Shown here in pieces: positions 1-19,390 of a DNA stretch of 44,929 nt (the first letter of the stretch is position 1; the number at the start of each line of letters is the position of its first letter). A program made the translations under genes and the position numbers. The notes under the pieces were generated by a model that was not told the origin of the DNA, did no database searches, and worked only from the letters and a program-made list of their open reading frames with translations. Source of the stretch: Octopus bimaculoides (lineage: Eukaryota); the NCBI RefSeq assembly GCF_001194135.2, contig NC_068983.1, forward strand, positions 37,512,156 through 37,557,084, in the 5' to 3' direction.

Positions 1-51
1 TATATATATGTTTATATATATATATATGTGTTTATATATCTATATATGCAC

Positions 52-840
52 AGTGTCGTCGTCAACATCATTTAACGTCCGCTTTCCATGTTTGTGTGTA
101 TCTTCATTAATTGATGTTTGTTTTCCATGCCGCTACAGGTTGGTTGATTTGACAGTTTGACAGGAGCTGCACCAGGTTCCGTTGTTTGTTTTGGCAGAGT
201 TTCTACAGCTGGATGCCCTTCCTAACGCCAACCACTCAGAGAGTGTAGTAGGTGCTTTTACGTGTCACCTGCACGAAGGCCAATCAGGCGATACTGGCAA
301 AGGCCAGTATATATATATTTGTATATATATATGTATGTATATATATATATATATATTTTTATATATATATATATGTATTTATATATCTATATATGCACAG
401 TGTCGTCGTCAACATCATTTAACGTCGGCTTTCCATGCTAGCATGGGTTAGACGATTTGACGGGGGACTGGCGAACCAGATGTCTAAACCAGACTCCAAT
501 CTGATCTGGCAGAGTTTCTACAGCTGGATGCCCTTCCTACCGCCAACCACTCTGAGATTGTAGTGGGTGCTTTTTATGTACCACCAGCATGAGGGCCAGT
601 CTGGCGGCACTGGCAACGGCCACGCTCAAATGGTGTTTTTTACGTGCCACCTGAACAGGAGTCAGTCCAATGTTTTGTTCACATGCCACCGGCACATGTG
701 CCAGTAAGGTAAAGCTGGAAACGATCTTGCTCAAACGGTGCTTTTTTAAGTGCCACCGGCATGGGAGCGAGACCGCTGCTCTGGTTGTGAACCCAATTAG
801 ATGGCGCTGTTAGCGCTCCACTGGCACGGGTGCCAGCGTA
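52..840 (-). mobile_element. Two adjacent RTE-tail copies (52-310 and 398-840) embedded in (TA)n
   Basis: CATTTAACGTCCGCTTTCCATG ends and two GGCAGAGTTTCTACAGCTGGATGCCCTTCCTA motifs. Confidence 0.85.
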
Positions 841-1475
841 TATATATATAAATATATATACATATATATGTATATACATACATATATATATATATGCAGA
901 TTGTGTTGTAAGTATTTACTCAACTCATTGATAAACTATGCGTCTTACTCTTCAAGTTTAGTATTTATACCGTTAAACTTTTATGTGCATCACGTCTAGC
1001 CTATCAGCTGCACTACTGATTAGCATAGACCAACATTTCCTCTCACCTAAAAGTTTATATCTGTAGGCCTAACACTCCGCCCAGTTTAATTTCACCACCT
1101 GTTCATTAATACCTTTAGATTAGTACATTGTATCGCAAGCATTTAGAGCCACATCTTTTGGTTCATCCTTGCCCTAGTTTCTCTTGTAGATGTTTCAATT
1201 GTATCAATCTCTCTAGTCCAGATGTTTTCTGCAAATATCATAGATACTTCTTTTTTTCATGATTAACTTTTTTTCCCTGCATAGCAGATCAGATGAAGAG
1301 TCACTGTGACTGAGCAGATATGGGTTTGACAGCCTCTTGGCTGTTGCACAGTCAGAATTCAAATGAATGTAACTAAACATTACATGCTATTTTGTCTGGC
1401 ATCCATTTCAATTCTGCTATCCATCACAATAATAACAACTTATATTCTCCGTCTCAAAACTCTTCTCTAATCAAG

Positions 1476-1611
1476 CAGTTTTCCCATGGACCCCTCTTAA
1501 TATGCTTATCCTTATATATACATATATGAAATTTTGAATTTAGTTCATGGACCCCCAGTACTACCTTTGCAGACCACAAGGGGTCTGCGTGCCCTATGTT
1601 GGGAACCACTG
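1476..1611. mobile_element. Small hAT (Charlie-like) MITE relic
   Basis: Right end TTGGGAACCACTG followed by TTCTAGAT; degenerate left end CAGTTTTCCCA; the TSD is not matched on the left. Confidence 0.55.
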
Positions 1612-3839
1612 TTCTAGATCATTCTGTGAAAGTAGTACTAACAGAATATAAACTTCCAGCCCAGAGTATTACAAAAGTTTTCCTTAAAGAATTACTGTTA
1701 TTTACCATTATACATCCATCCAGTGACCTCTCCTGCTACCTTAATATTCTTAGTATTGCCAAAATAAGATTGTAAATTATTATAGTTAACATGCTAGATG
1801 ACCTACCTTGTGGTATTTACTGCAGTACTTTGCGTTCTGAGTTCAAATCCTACCAAAGTTAACTTTGCCTTTCACCCAGTGTAAGGCAGTGGACTGGCAA
1901 ATATGATGACTCCCAGTATTTCTTCTAGCTCTTTGTGTTCTGAGTTCAAATCCTAATATAACCTATTTGGGCAGCGGATTTAATTTGTCAGCTGGTTTAA
2001 CACGACTACCTGGTCCTTGGTGCCTTTATGAGAGTCCACTTTATTGCAAGTATTTGAGTCAGGTCTCCAGTTGAAGAATGCCTTTCTGTCTCCTCATTCC
2101 CACTAATTTCAATGTCCAGTAAAGTATTATAGGCTCTGCATTTTCTCCTGACTAAAAGTTAAAAAAATTTTTATCTGAGAGCCTGAGCTAAAGTTTGTAT
2201 TAGTCCTTAGATATCACTGACATTCTGCACGGTCCAAATATGATCCAAAATGAAATATATCTTCCATTCTGCTGGTTTACCTAAAATGCATTTAAGCGAA
2301 AGTTATTTACTTAATCCCTATTTGTGTTATACTTTTATCAATCGAACCATCCATAAATATACAGAAATTAAATATGTTTTTTAAAGCTCTTATTGAGACC
2401 CTGGTCAGCCATATAAAGCAGACCTATTATCAAACATTCTCAAATATTTTTTATTTTCAAAGTCTATCTTGACCTACATTATACAATGCATTCCCATTTT
2501 AGGTTTGATGATTACCGATTAAATTAACAAAGTTGATCCAACTGATAAAACCTACGGTTAAATATGATATGTGGACTTGTAATTATGTTATAGATTATAT
2601 TATACTGGGACAATGGAGTTGTTGCATGTGAGAGAAAAACTATGTAGAGATACTTTATATGTATTATCTAATTCAGGGTTTTGTGTTCAAATCTTACAAT
2701 GATCAAATTTTAAGGTGAAATGAGGTGAAAATAAATTAGTCATCAGTACCATTTTTTTCTTAAAACTAATCACCATAGGGAAAATCTTGATCCAATATTG
2801 TGCCTCTTACAGGAAAAATATTTCCTTCACCAAATTAACTAGTCCTCTTCAGACCAAACAAGTTGCTAAATGCATCTGACTCAATACTTTTGTCTCTCTT
2901 CCTCTTTATATTTTATCTCTTTTCTTGTGGGTTTTCATCAAAGATGAGCTAAGATTCCTAATTTTGAAGGACCATTTCTGTTCAGTTTCACATACTGAAT
3001 ACTTTTAGAGATTATGAATCATCAAAAGCTGCTTAACTATTTTCCTCCTGGGCTGTGGTGATGGGTAAAAGATGAGCTGATATATTTTAATTGGCAGTAC
3101 CCTCGAGAAAGGAAAACCTATCACAAATTCTCATTTTCTCTGCTCTACAGATTTCGGGCTTTGTGTTCATATAAATACAAACATAATATAAAACAAAAAA
3201 TATATATTTATTATGTAATGAAAATGGTAAAGCATCGAACTAATTACTTTACAATGTGTGATTTCCTCATTTGACGTCCCGGTGTTGACATCACTTTTCA
3301 CCCTTCCGGGTTCGATAAGTACCAGTGAAATAACGAGGTTGATATAACTGACTACACCCTCCCAACTGAAATGTGGATTCGTTATCTGTGTTAGAAATTA
3401 TTCGTTAGGGTAGTAATGATGTCGCTTGTAATAGAAGCAGTATTTAGAGATACTTTAGATATAGTATCTAATTCTGGATCTTGTGTTTTTGCGTTCAAAC
3501 CTTGCGAGAGTCGACTTATGTGCTAATACATGGGCTCGATAAAATAAATTATCAGCATCAGTACCATTTTTTTTTAACCAAAAAGGTGCTTGGTCTTAAA
3601 GCAAAAGAAATTAGTATCATTATAGTTTTTAGCAGTCGAAGCATCAAGTTTTTAGCAACAGTAATAGAGCAGAACAGCACATCATCATACGGTATTTGCA
3701 ACAGCAGCTGTAGTAATAGCAACAGCAACTGTAATATTAGCAACAGTAGCAGATATCGTTGTGCAATGCAAACTATAAACCGCTTCTGTTCCCAGAAGCC
3801 GTTAGTAATCGACTGTCTGCACATTATTTATGTTAATGA

Positions 3840-4095
3840 GAGCAGCGAACGTCAGCAAGCTAACGCGCATGCTCAATCTCATGCCAATATCTACGGGGCT
3901 GCGTCTTTGAAAAGCAAGGGCACCGCACCCTGGTAAAGCGGATAGCGACCGGGAAAAAAAATAATAATAATAATTTCTTATAATTTACATTGAAATTCAT
4001 GCTACATGAACAGGAAATAGGAACGTACAGTTAACGTGCTTTATAGTGTTCAAAAAAATCGGTGGATTTCTTTATATTCTATTGTTTAATTAAGG
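3840..4095 (+). promoter_or_regulatory. Probable G-beta promoter and non-coding first exon
   Basis: Local CpG enrichment; GCGCATGC (NRF1-like) at 3865-3872; CCAAT at 3884-3888; strong donor AGG|GTAAGT at 4096. The ATG exon starts at an acceptor (6899), so an upstream exon is required. The TSS position is inferred. Confidence 0.6.
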
Positions 4096-6920
4096 GTAAG
4101 TATGAAGACAGTATGTCTTTCCATAACGTCGTGTGGATTTCCTATTGAATGATCTCTTTTGGCCTTTTTGTTATTATAATTTGGAGTCGATCACCTTTCT
4201 TGTATTATTTGCTGTTTCATTACTAAATTAGTACGTTCTTACGCCATTAAATGCATGACTGAAACGTGCATTCGGTGTCCACTTAGCTTTAAATTCCTCT
4301 TTATATCTGTATGTATTTATATATATGTATCTGATAGAATATGGTTGCCGATAATGCATCAGATGACACACTACGGCTGTCCTAATCTTGATAATGAATA
4401 ATTTCCTCTTCACACAGCCATACCATTATACATCTGATTGCTTTATCGGCAACCATATTCTTTAAAGACAAAACAAGAATTCACATTCCAATTCGACATC
4501 TAATCAAAATGGTTGTATAATAAAATGTGTGCCACAGCAAGTTGTTAGCCGCTTAGTCTTCATTACATGGCTGCACAGTGACATGCACAATTTTGTTGAA
4601 TATCACACCGCACAAATGGACACACGGCTTAGATTAAACTCGAATTAAACACTAATGTTGTGAAATAGAATTTAAATGATATATTTTTACTGTTAAAACA
4701 TCCTTCGACATTTTCCGATTATTTTAATGTTCCTCGTCTCTTCGCCTCGCCTTCAAAAATTCCTCAAATCTCCTGATATTTGTTGCAGACTTTCATTCGA
4801 TCTTGCATGGCCTGATAGATTATTACTTTAATCAATCACCTGGACCACCTCTTTTCCTTTCTTAGACATTAGTTTCCATCCTATCGCATCTATTTCCCCC
4901 TTTATACATAATATTTAAAATAATTGCTTTCATTTCTCAATATCTCACATATCCCTGTTTTGTTTGTGGTTGTCTTTTTTTAAAATTTTTTAAATGAATT
5001 CTTTTCATTTCGGTTCAGAATTAATTTAACAGTAAATTAAACAATAATAATTATTTAATTGCTATAGGCGATCACTACTTAACTTAAATTTATCAGATGT
5101 CATCTTGACTTAGAAACTGATTTTATTATATACTACGACAATTATTTTTCTATAACAATAATATATAAAAAGCTCCTCATTCTGACAGATTTACTGTGTT
5201 TTCTGTTACATTGTCATTGTTTTTACATTGACTATATATTTTTACTGTATGTGGAGTTTTCTTTTTTAAATGTCTCTCTTAGAAATGTCACTTGACAGAA
5301 ACCAGAATAGCTATACATTTGGTTGTATATGTAACATTATATATATATAGTACTCTGCAAATAAGCATCGAGTTGTCTTGCTTTTTTGACTGTTTTAAAT
5401 TGGTGTGTGTGTGTGGATGAATATATGTGGATAATTAGGAAAGAGATTATAAGGAGCTCTGTAAATTTATTAAGCTCTCTCCTTTCAAGAATTGTTTGTT
5501 TAGAATGTTTTGTGTAAGTATTGTTGTCGTTGTTGAGGCAACAATACTGAGGAGGTGTGAGCGATGGTTAAAAAAAAAAAAAAAACAGTGTAGAGCAGTA
5601 GCAGGCCAGCCAGCAAGTCAGCCACCATTGCTATATTCAACATGGCGAGAGTGGAGAATAATTAATGTCTTCATTGAGCACCACCTTCGCTCTGACGTAA
5701 AATGCCAATATACACCACTCATTCTCGCTTTTAATTCTCTCCCTTTTAAAGCAATCTTGATGCAATTGTATGCTAAATATCTTTTTTTGTGGCTATATCG
5801 GCAAAACTTTTATATATATATATATATATATATAATGTGTGTGTGTAGCTTTGGCGATGTAACCGCAAAAAATATTTTGCATTATATATATATATATTAT
5901 ATATACGCGCGCGCGCACTCATTTATGAGGATATATATTAGTGTCATCAGTTTCGAGCGAATAAACTACTGTATACATTAAAAATTTCATTTTCCATTTC
6001 TACATATTTACTTATGTTTATATATAAGCAAAATATTTTTGCGGTTATATCTCAATCGTTTTGCACACACGCATATATGTCTATATATAAAGATATATAT
6101 ATATAATGGGATCTTTTATACAATATATATGAGAGAGAAATTCATAGGCATTTTTTTTCTCCCATTCCATTCTCCATTATTCCAAATTACTGTACTTAAT
6201 ATAGTTGTTTCTCAATAAAGATGTTGCTAAAATATTCAGATGTTCCCTACGTGAACTAGTTTTTTTGTTTTTCTTTCTCCATCTTATGTCGTCTACTAAA
6301 TCCTCACTCCGCCTAGATTCCATCCCCTGTCATTATTAAAATTTTGCAATATGTAATATATATGTATGTATGTATGTATGAGAGATAGTGTAAACTTTTC
6401 AACAAAATTAGCTTGTCTAACTTTCATCAAAACGACTCTTCCCATCAAAATCGTCAATCGTCATTAATGAATCGTAAGTGTTGAAGCCTTACATCACGGT
6501 TTAAACTTCCGTTTATTTTAGCTCAACACAATTTTCTTATGGCTTGTCTCTAAAACTGTCCAGTCTTTCTCCATCGCCAAGCTAATTAAAATGTTAGCAT
6601 TTTTTATTTATTTATTCTTTCTCCTCTTGCAATTTTAATGTGTTCTTTTAATCATTTGTTGACAGTGTTACCGAAAACAGTTAGCTTATAATGAGGTTAA
6701 TAACGGCTTAGGTTGAGGGAGTGGTCGTAGTAGTAGGATTTTAATTTGTTTCCACCTTATCTATTAGAACATATCGACTACACCTTGAATCCAGTCAATT
6801 AGCTCGGCTTTTCTCACTTCACTTTCGACGTTTTCCAGGTTTTCACTTCGTTCATACAACTTCTGTTGGAGACTCATATTTTAAACTTTATTTTTTCAGT
6901 GAAATAAAAAAAAATCAACC

Positions 6921-13531
<6,611 letters not shown>

Positions 13532-14324
13532 TGTTTGATGTTTGAAGTCTCATCGTAATCTGCTTCTGCACTGTCTGTTTCTAAGAGAGTCCACGACCTG
13601 CAACCAAATTCCTCCAGTAAACATATGTAACATGTTCTCCGCTACTTGTAGCGTTCTCATGTACATTGTAGGTCAGTTGGCACCTAACTTTTCTAACAAA
13701 TGCTTAATGGACCTCATTCAAACTTTTCAAGAAGGGGAGTTTTCTCCACAAATCATCTCAATTTATATTTGCATCAGACGTCTTGCTACGTTATTCTGCA
13801 TGATCCATAGACATTGCTTCTTCCCATTTGCAAAACTGTCTAGTATGCCTTCTTAAAGCAAGTATGGACTTATGGTATTGACAATTCATACATTTGTTTA
13901 AATGTTGGGGGGTGGGGCGTATTATGAAGAAAATAGTATATTTACTAACACTTCAGGTAAGATTTGGTTGTATTACCATAAATTGCTGGTTGGTGCTGCC
14001 ACATACCCCTCTTCCTATACCTGATGTTCTGGAGGCCCCCAAATAAGTGTTACTATCCGATCAGAAAAATTTGTATGCAAGAAATTACCCTCCCTTTGTT
14101 AGCTTGCTAGAAAACATTTTTGGTTCACTGTATCTGTAATTTCCCCTCTCAGTGTAAACTTTTTGTCTTGGGACCATGGTTTGGAGAGAAAAAAAAATCT
14201 TATTGCCATACCATAAAAGGCCATTTAGTGGGGCTATTTGTTTATTCTACATGTCCACTTCAAAACAAAACAAAAAAAAAGAAAGAAAATTGAAAAACAA
14301 AAAAGGAAAAAAATTAAATGTTTG

Positions 14325-14330
14325 AATAAA
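14325..14330 (+). terminator. Candidate proximal poly(A) signal AATAAA of G-beta
   Basis: AATAAA about 0.8 kb after the stop codon; usage not demonstrated. Confidence 0.4.
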
Positions 14331-15855
14331 TGCTGGCTTCTAGCACTTTGTTAAAGGGAATGTCAAACAATTCCAGCAGAATGTTAAAAATTAGAACTTA
14401 TTTCCCTAAGATATTGACCTTTTATCTCCAATTCTTAGTTGTCAAATGTGGCATTTTTTATGTACATATACTTATTTATGAGTGTCTGGTTCTCTCTGTG
14501 TGTTATGTATGTGGTACATACATGCATTCACACACACACACACACACACGCACACACACATTTGTTTAATATACATGCATATTCTTTCTCCATGAATTTA
14601 AAAGGAAAACAGAAAAGCACCAGATATAGTTTTGATTTAGGAAATGTCTGAAATTTGCCACTTGTCAACTTCATATCTACTCTTTCTCAATACACTATGT
14701 TCCTCCTTCTCCAAATGTACTCAAGATCTTTCTTAACTTTTCTTAATTTAAATTTTTTTTTTTAAATATAGACCCCTGGAGGCTGTCATACCTGGCCTAT
14801 GAATGGTTTATTTATTTCCAATGGCTATATGTGATTTGATATATTACACATTTGATAACCCTGTATGATTTTAGTTGTCAGTATATAGAAAATAGTACCT
14901 TGCTGTAAGGAGACAACGATATGACTTGTGCAGCCAATTGTCTAGTGGTCATATCCTGACAGAAATCACTGTCCAGCTGCCGATTACTATTGATGTCTCC
15001 TTTCAAGCATTTATATTTATTTTTTCTTAGTCTTATTTATGTCTTTAGTGTATTAAGTTTGGCCCATCTCCTTTACTTGTTTCTGCACAGCTGCTTTCTC
15101 CTAAATGAGCAAGACACTTTTCAAAAATGGATGTAAACTATTGCTGAATACAGCAACTGGCTAATTATTGAGGTTAACACTTTATTTTTTAAAGTGAAAC
15201 TCTTGGTGTGTTTTGTCAGGCAGAATGTTTGAGTGTGTGTGAGAGAGAGAAAGAGGAAAATATATGTCAGTTTAGTTATTCTGAGGGTATATATTAATAT
15301 CCCTTTAATTTTGATGAATATCACAGATTTTGTGTGGTCATTTGTGTGTTTGTGACTGTACGCAAGTAGTAATTGATGACACAAGCCTGTCAGTTTTGAA
15401 ATTTCAACTAATATCTAAAAACTTTCAAAAAGAAATCCCATAAACATGCACTAAGCATATCAACCCTACCCCCTCCCCAAGAAAAATCCCCCCTAAACCC
15501 TCATTAACGATCTTGAGTTGTTGAAGTTCAGCTGGGTATAATGACCTGAGCTCACCACTGCTAGCTGCATTGTCATCTGTGACTAACTTTGGGAAAAACT
15601 TTAATCATTAGACCTTTTTAGTAAGTTTATAAGAGCAAAACTGGTCAAATTTTAGATGTTTAAAATTGAAGTACCCTGAATATTTAAAATATTTCACAGG
15701 ACAGCAGCCAGCTACGTGGTGGGTCCCGGCGCAGTTGTCGTCGGTTCGGTTGTGTATTTAGCCTTCAAGCTTTCAAACAGCAAAATATGTCAGGAAACAC
15801 TAGTCAGTCTAAACTTTTTGTGCAACTCAACAAATGTTGTATAATTGTTTTGTCC

Positions 15856-15861
15856 AATAAA
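15856..15861 (+). terminator. Candidate distal poly(A) signal AATAAA of G-beta
   Basis: AATAAA followed by a GU/U-rich tract (gtctatggatttgtgctggtttttc). Confidence 0.55.
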
Positions 15862-17784
15862 GTTGTATATGTCTATGGATTTGTGCTGGTTTTTCTTCAG
15901 TTACCATTTCAATTTTTATCCTATTTTTCCTAAATTTCACAAGTGTATTTCAGTGAAAAGTTTCTGTTGCTTGTACTTATTGGGCCCTCCAAATAGAGGC
16001 TATGACACGAATCCTTCTTAATTAGATTGTATCATGCTTTGTTCTGGCAGAAATATACTGGGAATTTTTCTTTTTTTACTCTACATACTCTACAGCCGTC
16101 AAGTGACATCTCAGTCATGTTTTCCTTCTGTTGGTCAATACAATAATTGTCCAATATATAAACTCTTAAATTATTTTTCTTTTACCTCCGCCATCATGGA
16201 TTCCATCTGCTTCTAATTTGCTCTTCTAAAAATATCTTTAATTAAAATCAGTTATCTTCAGCAATAACTTATTTATATTGCAGTTTAGGTGGCCTTATTG
16301 TTTTAGGTTATCTAAAATGCTCTTTAGTTATTCTCTGCACTTGGCATTTTTTTTTTTTCTTTTTGCTTGCAAATTGACAAAAGTGATATTTAGATAATAA
16401 TGAATTTCTAATATGATAGCTATGACTTTATTTTTAAATTTTTAAATAATAAACTAATTGCAGTATAGTGTTCAACTCTGTTAACTTTCTATTGAGAATC
16501 TTTTTGGAAGAAACCTTCAATGAAGAACTTGGAAGATTGTAAAATAAAAAGAAATCTTCAGCACATCCCGAGTTCTTATTCCCCAAATCAAAATTGGAGC
16601 CAAAAGGTTTGGTGAAGTATATTTTAGTGTGATATTTCTCTCCTTCACTTCTCACTTCGTCCACTTCATGTGCAGACAAATTGGGTGTTATTTGCCAGCA
16701 ACTCGAAACAGCAGTGCTGAGCAAAACCTACTTTTCAGACTTCATTGTATATCCAAGTTTTGGGCTGACATCAATTTTTTTCCCCCTTTACCTGTTGTAT
16801 AAATATTGTATTCCCCTAACTATTGACAAACTTTTGTAGCTTATATAGTTAGAATTTAGAACCTGTTCATTTTGACTCTTGTATTTTGTGTTCAGTATTC
16901 TAATTTTGTTTATGTACATTATATACATTCTATATTTTCCCCCCATATATATATGTATATATATATTTATATATATATGTATATATATATAATCATTTTT
17001 TGTGAAATTCCAAATGCTGTGTTAAGTTCAAAACTTTGTTTTTTTCCAATTTTAGTAATTTAAGTTTTTTAAATTCTAGTTATCAATACGGGTCATTTTG
17101 ACTCAATAAAGACTGAAAGATGAAACACTCAAGTTGTCTGTTTTTATATTTTCACTATGGCAACTGCTTTTATTACTTGTGTTTACTTGTAGTTTTTATT
17201 TTCAAATTGAATTGCAGATTAATTTTATTACTTCTTACATACTTTTAGCTTTTAAAAACTGAACCTTTTGTAAAAATATTAATACTGATTTTATAAGCAT
17301 GCAAGCAAGAGCAGTGAATTTGGAGGATTTTTCTCCTTTGTTTATTGTATAAAACTTGTGATTTTTTCATATTTTAGTGTAACTTATCAAGCTGAGATTT
17401 TGTAGCATTTAGGCTTTAAATGCAGAAACTGGAAAAAAAAAAGTTTCTCATTCAATTTCATAATTGCTATAAACTATTTTATTAATTTGAGTTTAAAAAT
17501 CCATCTTGTTGGTTGCAATACTAAAATTTCATTTATGATCACAACTGTTTGAAACCAGTCAATTTAAATATATTACTGTTGTGAGATATCTTCACATCAG
17601 TATTGTTTTACTTGGGCAATCAATATGCAATGTTTCCATCGTTTGATGTTTACTTCATCTTAGTATAGAATCAATAATATACATTCAAGACGGGAAGGTC
17701 TCTATTATACACCTCCTACAAAACATTGCAAACAAGTCTATCTGTCGCCTTTCAATCATATGTAGAGATGTGCTACATAAAATC

Positions 17785-17925
17785 ACCCACTACATTCTGT
17801 AAAGTGGTTGGTGTTAGGAAGGACATCCAGCCATAGAAACCAAGCCAAATCACAACTGGAGCCTGAATAGCTACTTCCAAAATGTCCAACCCATACCAGC
17901 ATGAGAAACGGGCGTTAAATGATGT
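17785..17925 (+). mobile_element. Diverged short RTE-tail copy
   Basis: GTGGTTGGTGTTAGGAAGGACATCCAGCC...GGCGTTAAATGATG. Confidence 0.7.
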
Positions 17926-18151
17926 TGGTGTTCATTAAATTCAGATGTACTGGATTATGTTTCAATTGTGTGTCTACTGAAATGTAATTTTTGTGTGTCT
18001 GTCTTGTTGCTGCACCTGAAGATTCTAATGATAGCCATTGCAGTGTTAAGATCTAATCAGAATGTAACAGTTGTTGTTACTTCACACTTGGAGGTGTTGC
18101 TTGATTTATCGTAATTTGCACTCAAATCTTTTGCAAATTTTATCCTACTGT

Positions 18152-18191
<40 letters not shown>

Positions 18192-19173
18192 GATGTATCA
18201 GCTATGAAAAATACACCAGTAAAGTGGTTGGTTTAATACTATTCCTAATACCAAAGAATCCAACCAAGAAAAATTTGAAATAGTCTTTTAACCCATTTAA
18301 GAGTGCAACAACAAGCCTGCAAGTGTGAAAAGTAGATGTAAAATTTAATTTAACAAAAACCGAGTCAGTTAAAATATATCAAACAAATCTTGAAAAAAAA
18401 ATGCTCCATAATTGATTTACAACTGTTTTCAGAAGACTAAAAAATTCATATTTATTCTTCTACACTGTTAACTAAAAGCAATACAAACTTTCAACTTTAA
18501 TTATGAAGTCTGTCTCCCTAAAGTGCTCTTTTCCCCACACCCAAGTCCCCACCATAGTTTATCTAAGCTGCAATATTTTTCATTATCACTTTTCCTCTCT
18601 GGATAACCAGTGGGGACAAGCATAGCCACATGGTTGAGAAGTTTGCTTTGCTGTCATATAGTTTCTTGTTCATTCTCTCTGGACAGTTATCTTAGGCAAG
18701 CATTTTCTACCAGCATCCCTTCTCAAACCTTTTACATGAAGTTGAGTAGATGGAAATTGAAAGCCCATCAAATTGTTGTTTTATATGGAATTTTCTCTCT
18801 CACCCACATTTTCAGAGACCCTGACAAAAGTTTGGGTGTTGCCTCTCTGATTCTTGATTGAGCCCTAAAGATTTTAATGTACTTTTAAATAGTATCATGA
18901 AAGGATTGTGAAATGTAGTTTTAGACCTGCAGAATAAGGGTAATTTGTTCACAATGTATGATCTAGAACAAGGTGCCCACACTCCTTGATATGCAAAGTT
19001 TGATGGATATGAGACGACTTGTAATAAATGACAATCTATATTTTCCTCCCTGTCCTATTCCTGGTTATCCATGTATAAAAGAAACCCAAGCTATCAACAT
19101 TTTAAGGTAACACTGGCACCTAATAACTTGACGATTTAGACAGCCCCTTGCTTTCCTGTATTAGTGATAAAGT

Positions 19174-19390
19174 TTAACCCTTTTGATACCAACCAGCCTG
19201 AGACCACTGTTGGTTCTATGACCGTGATTTCTAGTTTTAAAGTGACCTAAAATACAACCTTCCATCAAAATTCCATGTTAATTTATATTCCAAATACCAT
19301 CTTGAGAAGGACAGTTATTTTGATAAATTCGTCACTAGTTTAAAAATTAACTGAAGCAAAGGTTGTGTATTTGAACAAAAAGATTAAGAA
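19174..19390. mobile_element. piggyBac-like MITE end; related diverged copy at about 36400-36640
   Basis: TTAA|CCCTTTTGATACC terminus; shares TTTAAAGTGA..TAAA..CTTCCATCAAAAT..CATGTTA with 36450-36510. Confidence 0.45.

Noticed and set aside
3481-3936. 151-aa Ser/Asn-rich ORF
   Set aside because: Built from a SINE fragment plus a degenerate AGC/AAC repeat and promoter DNA; no ATG start and no recognisable domain
5496-5981. 161-aa ORF in the G-beta 5' intron
   Set aside because: Runs through poly-A and (TA)n tracts; low-complexity composition
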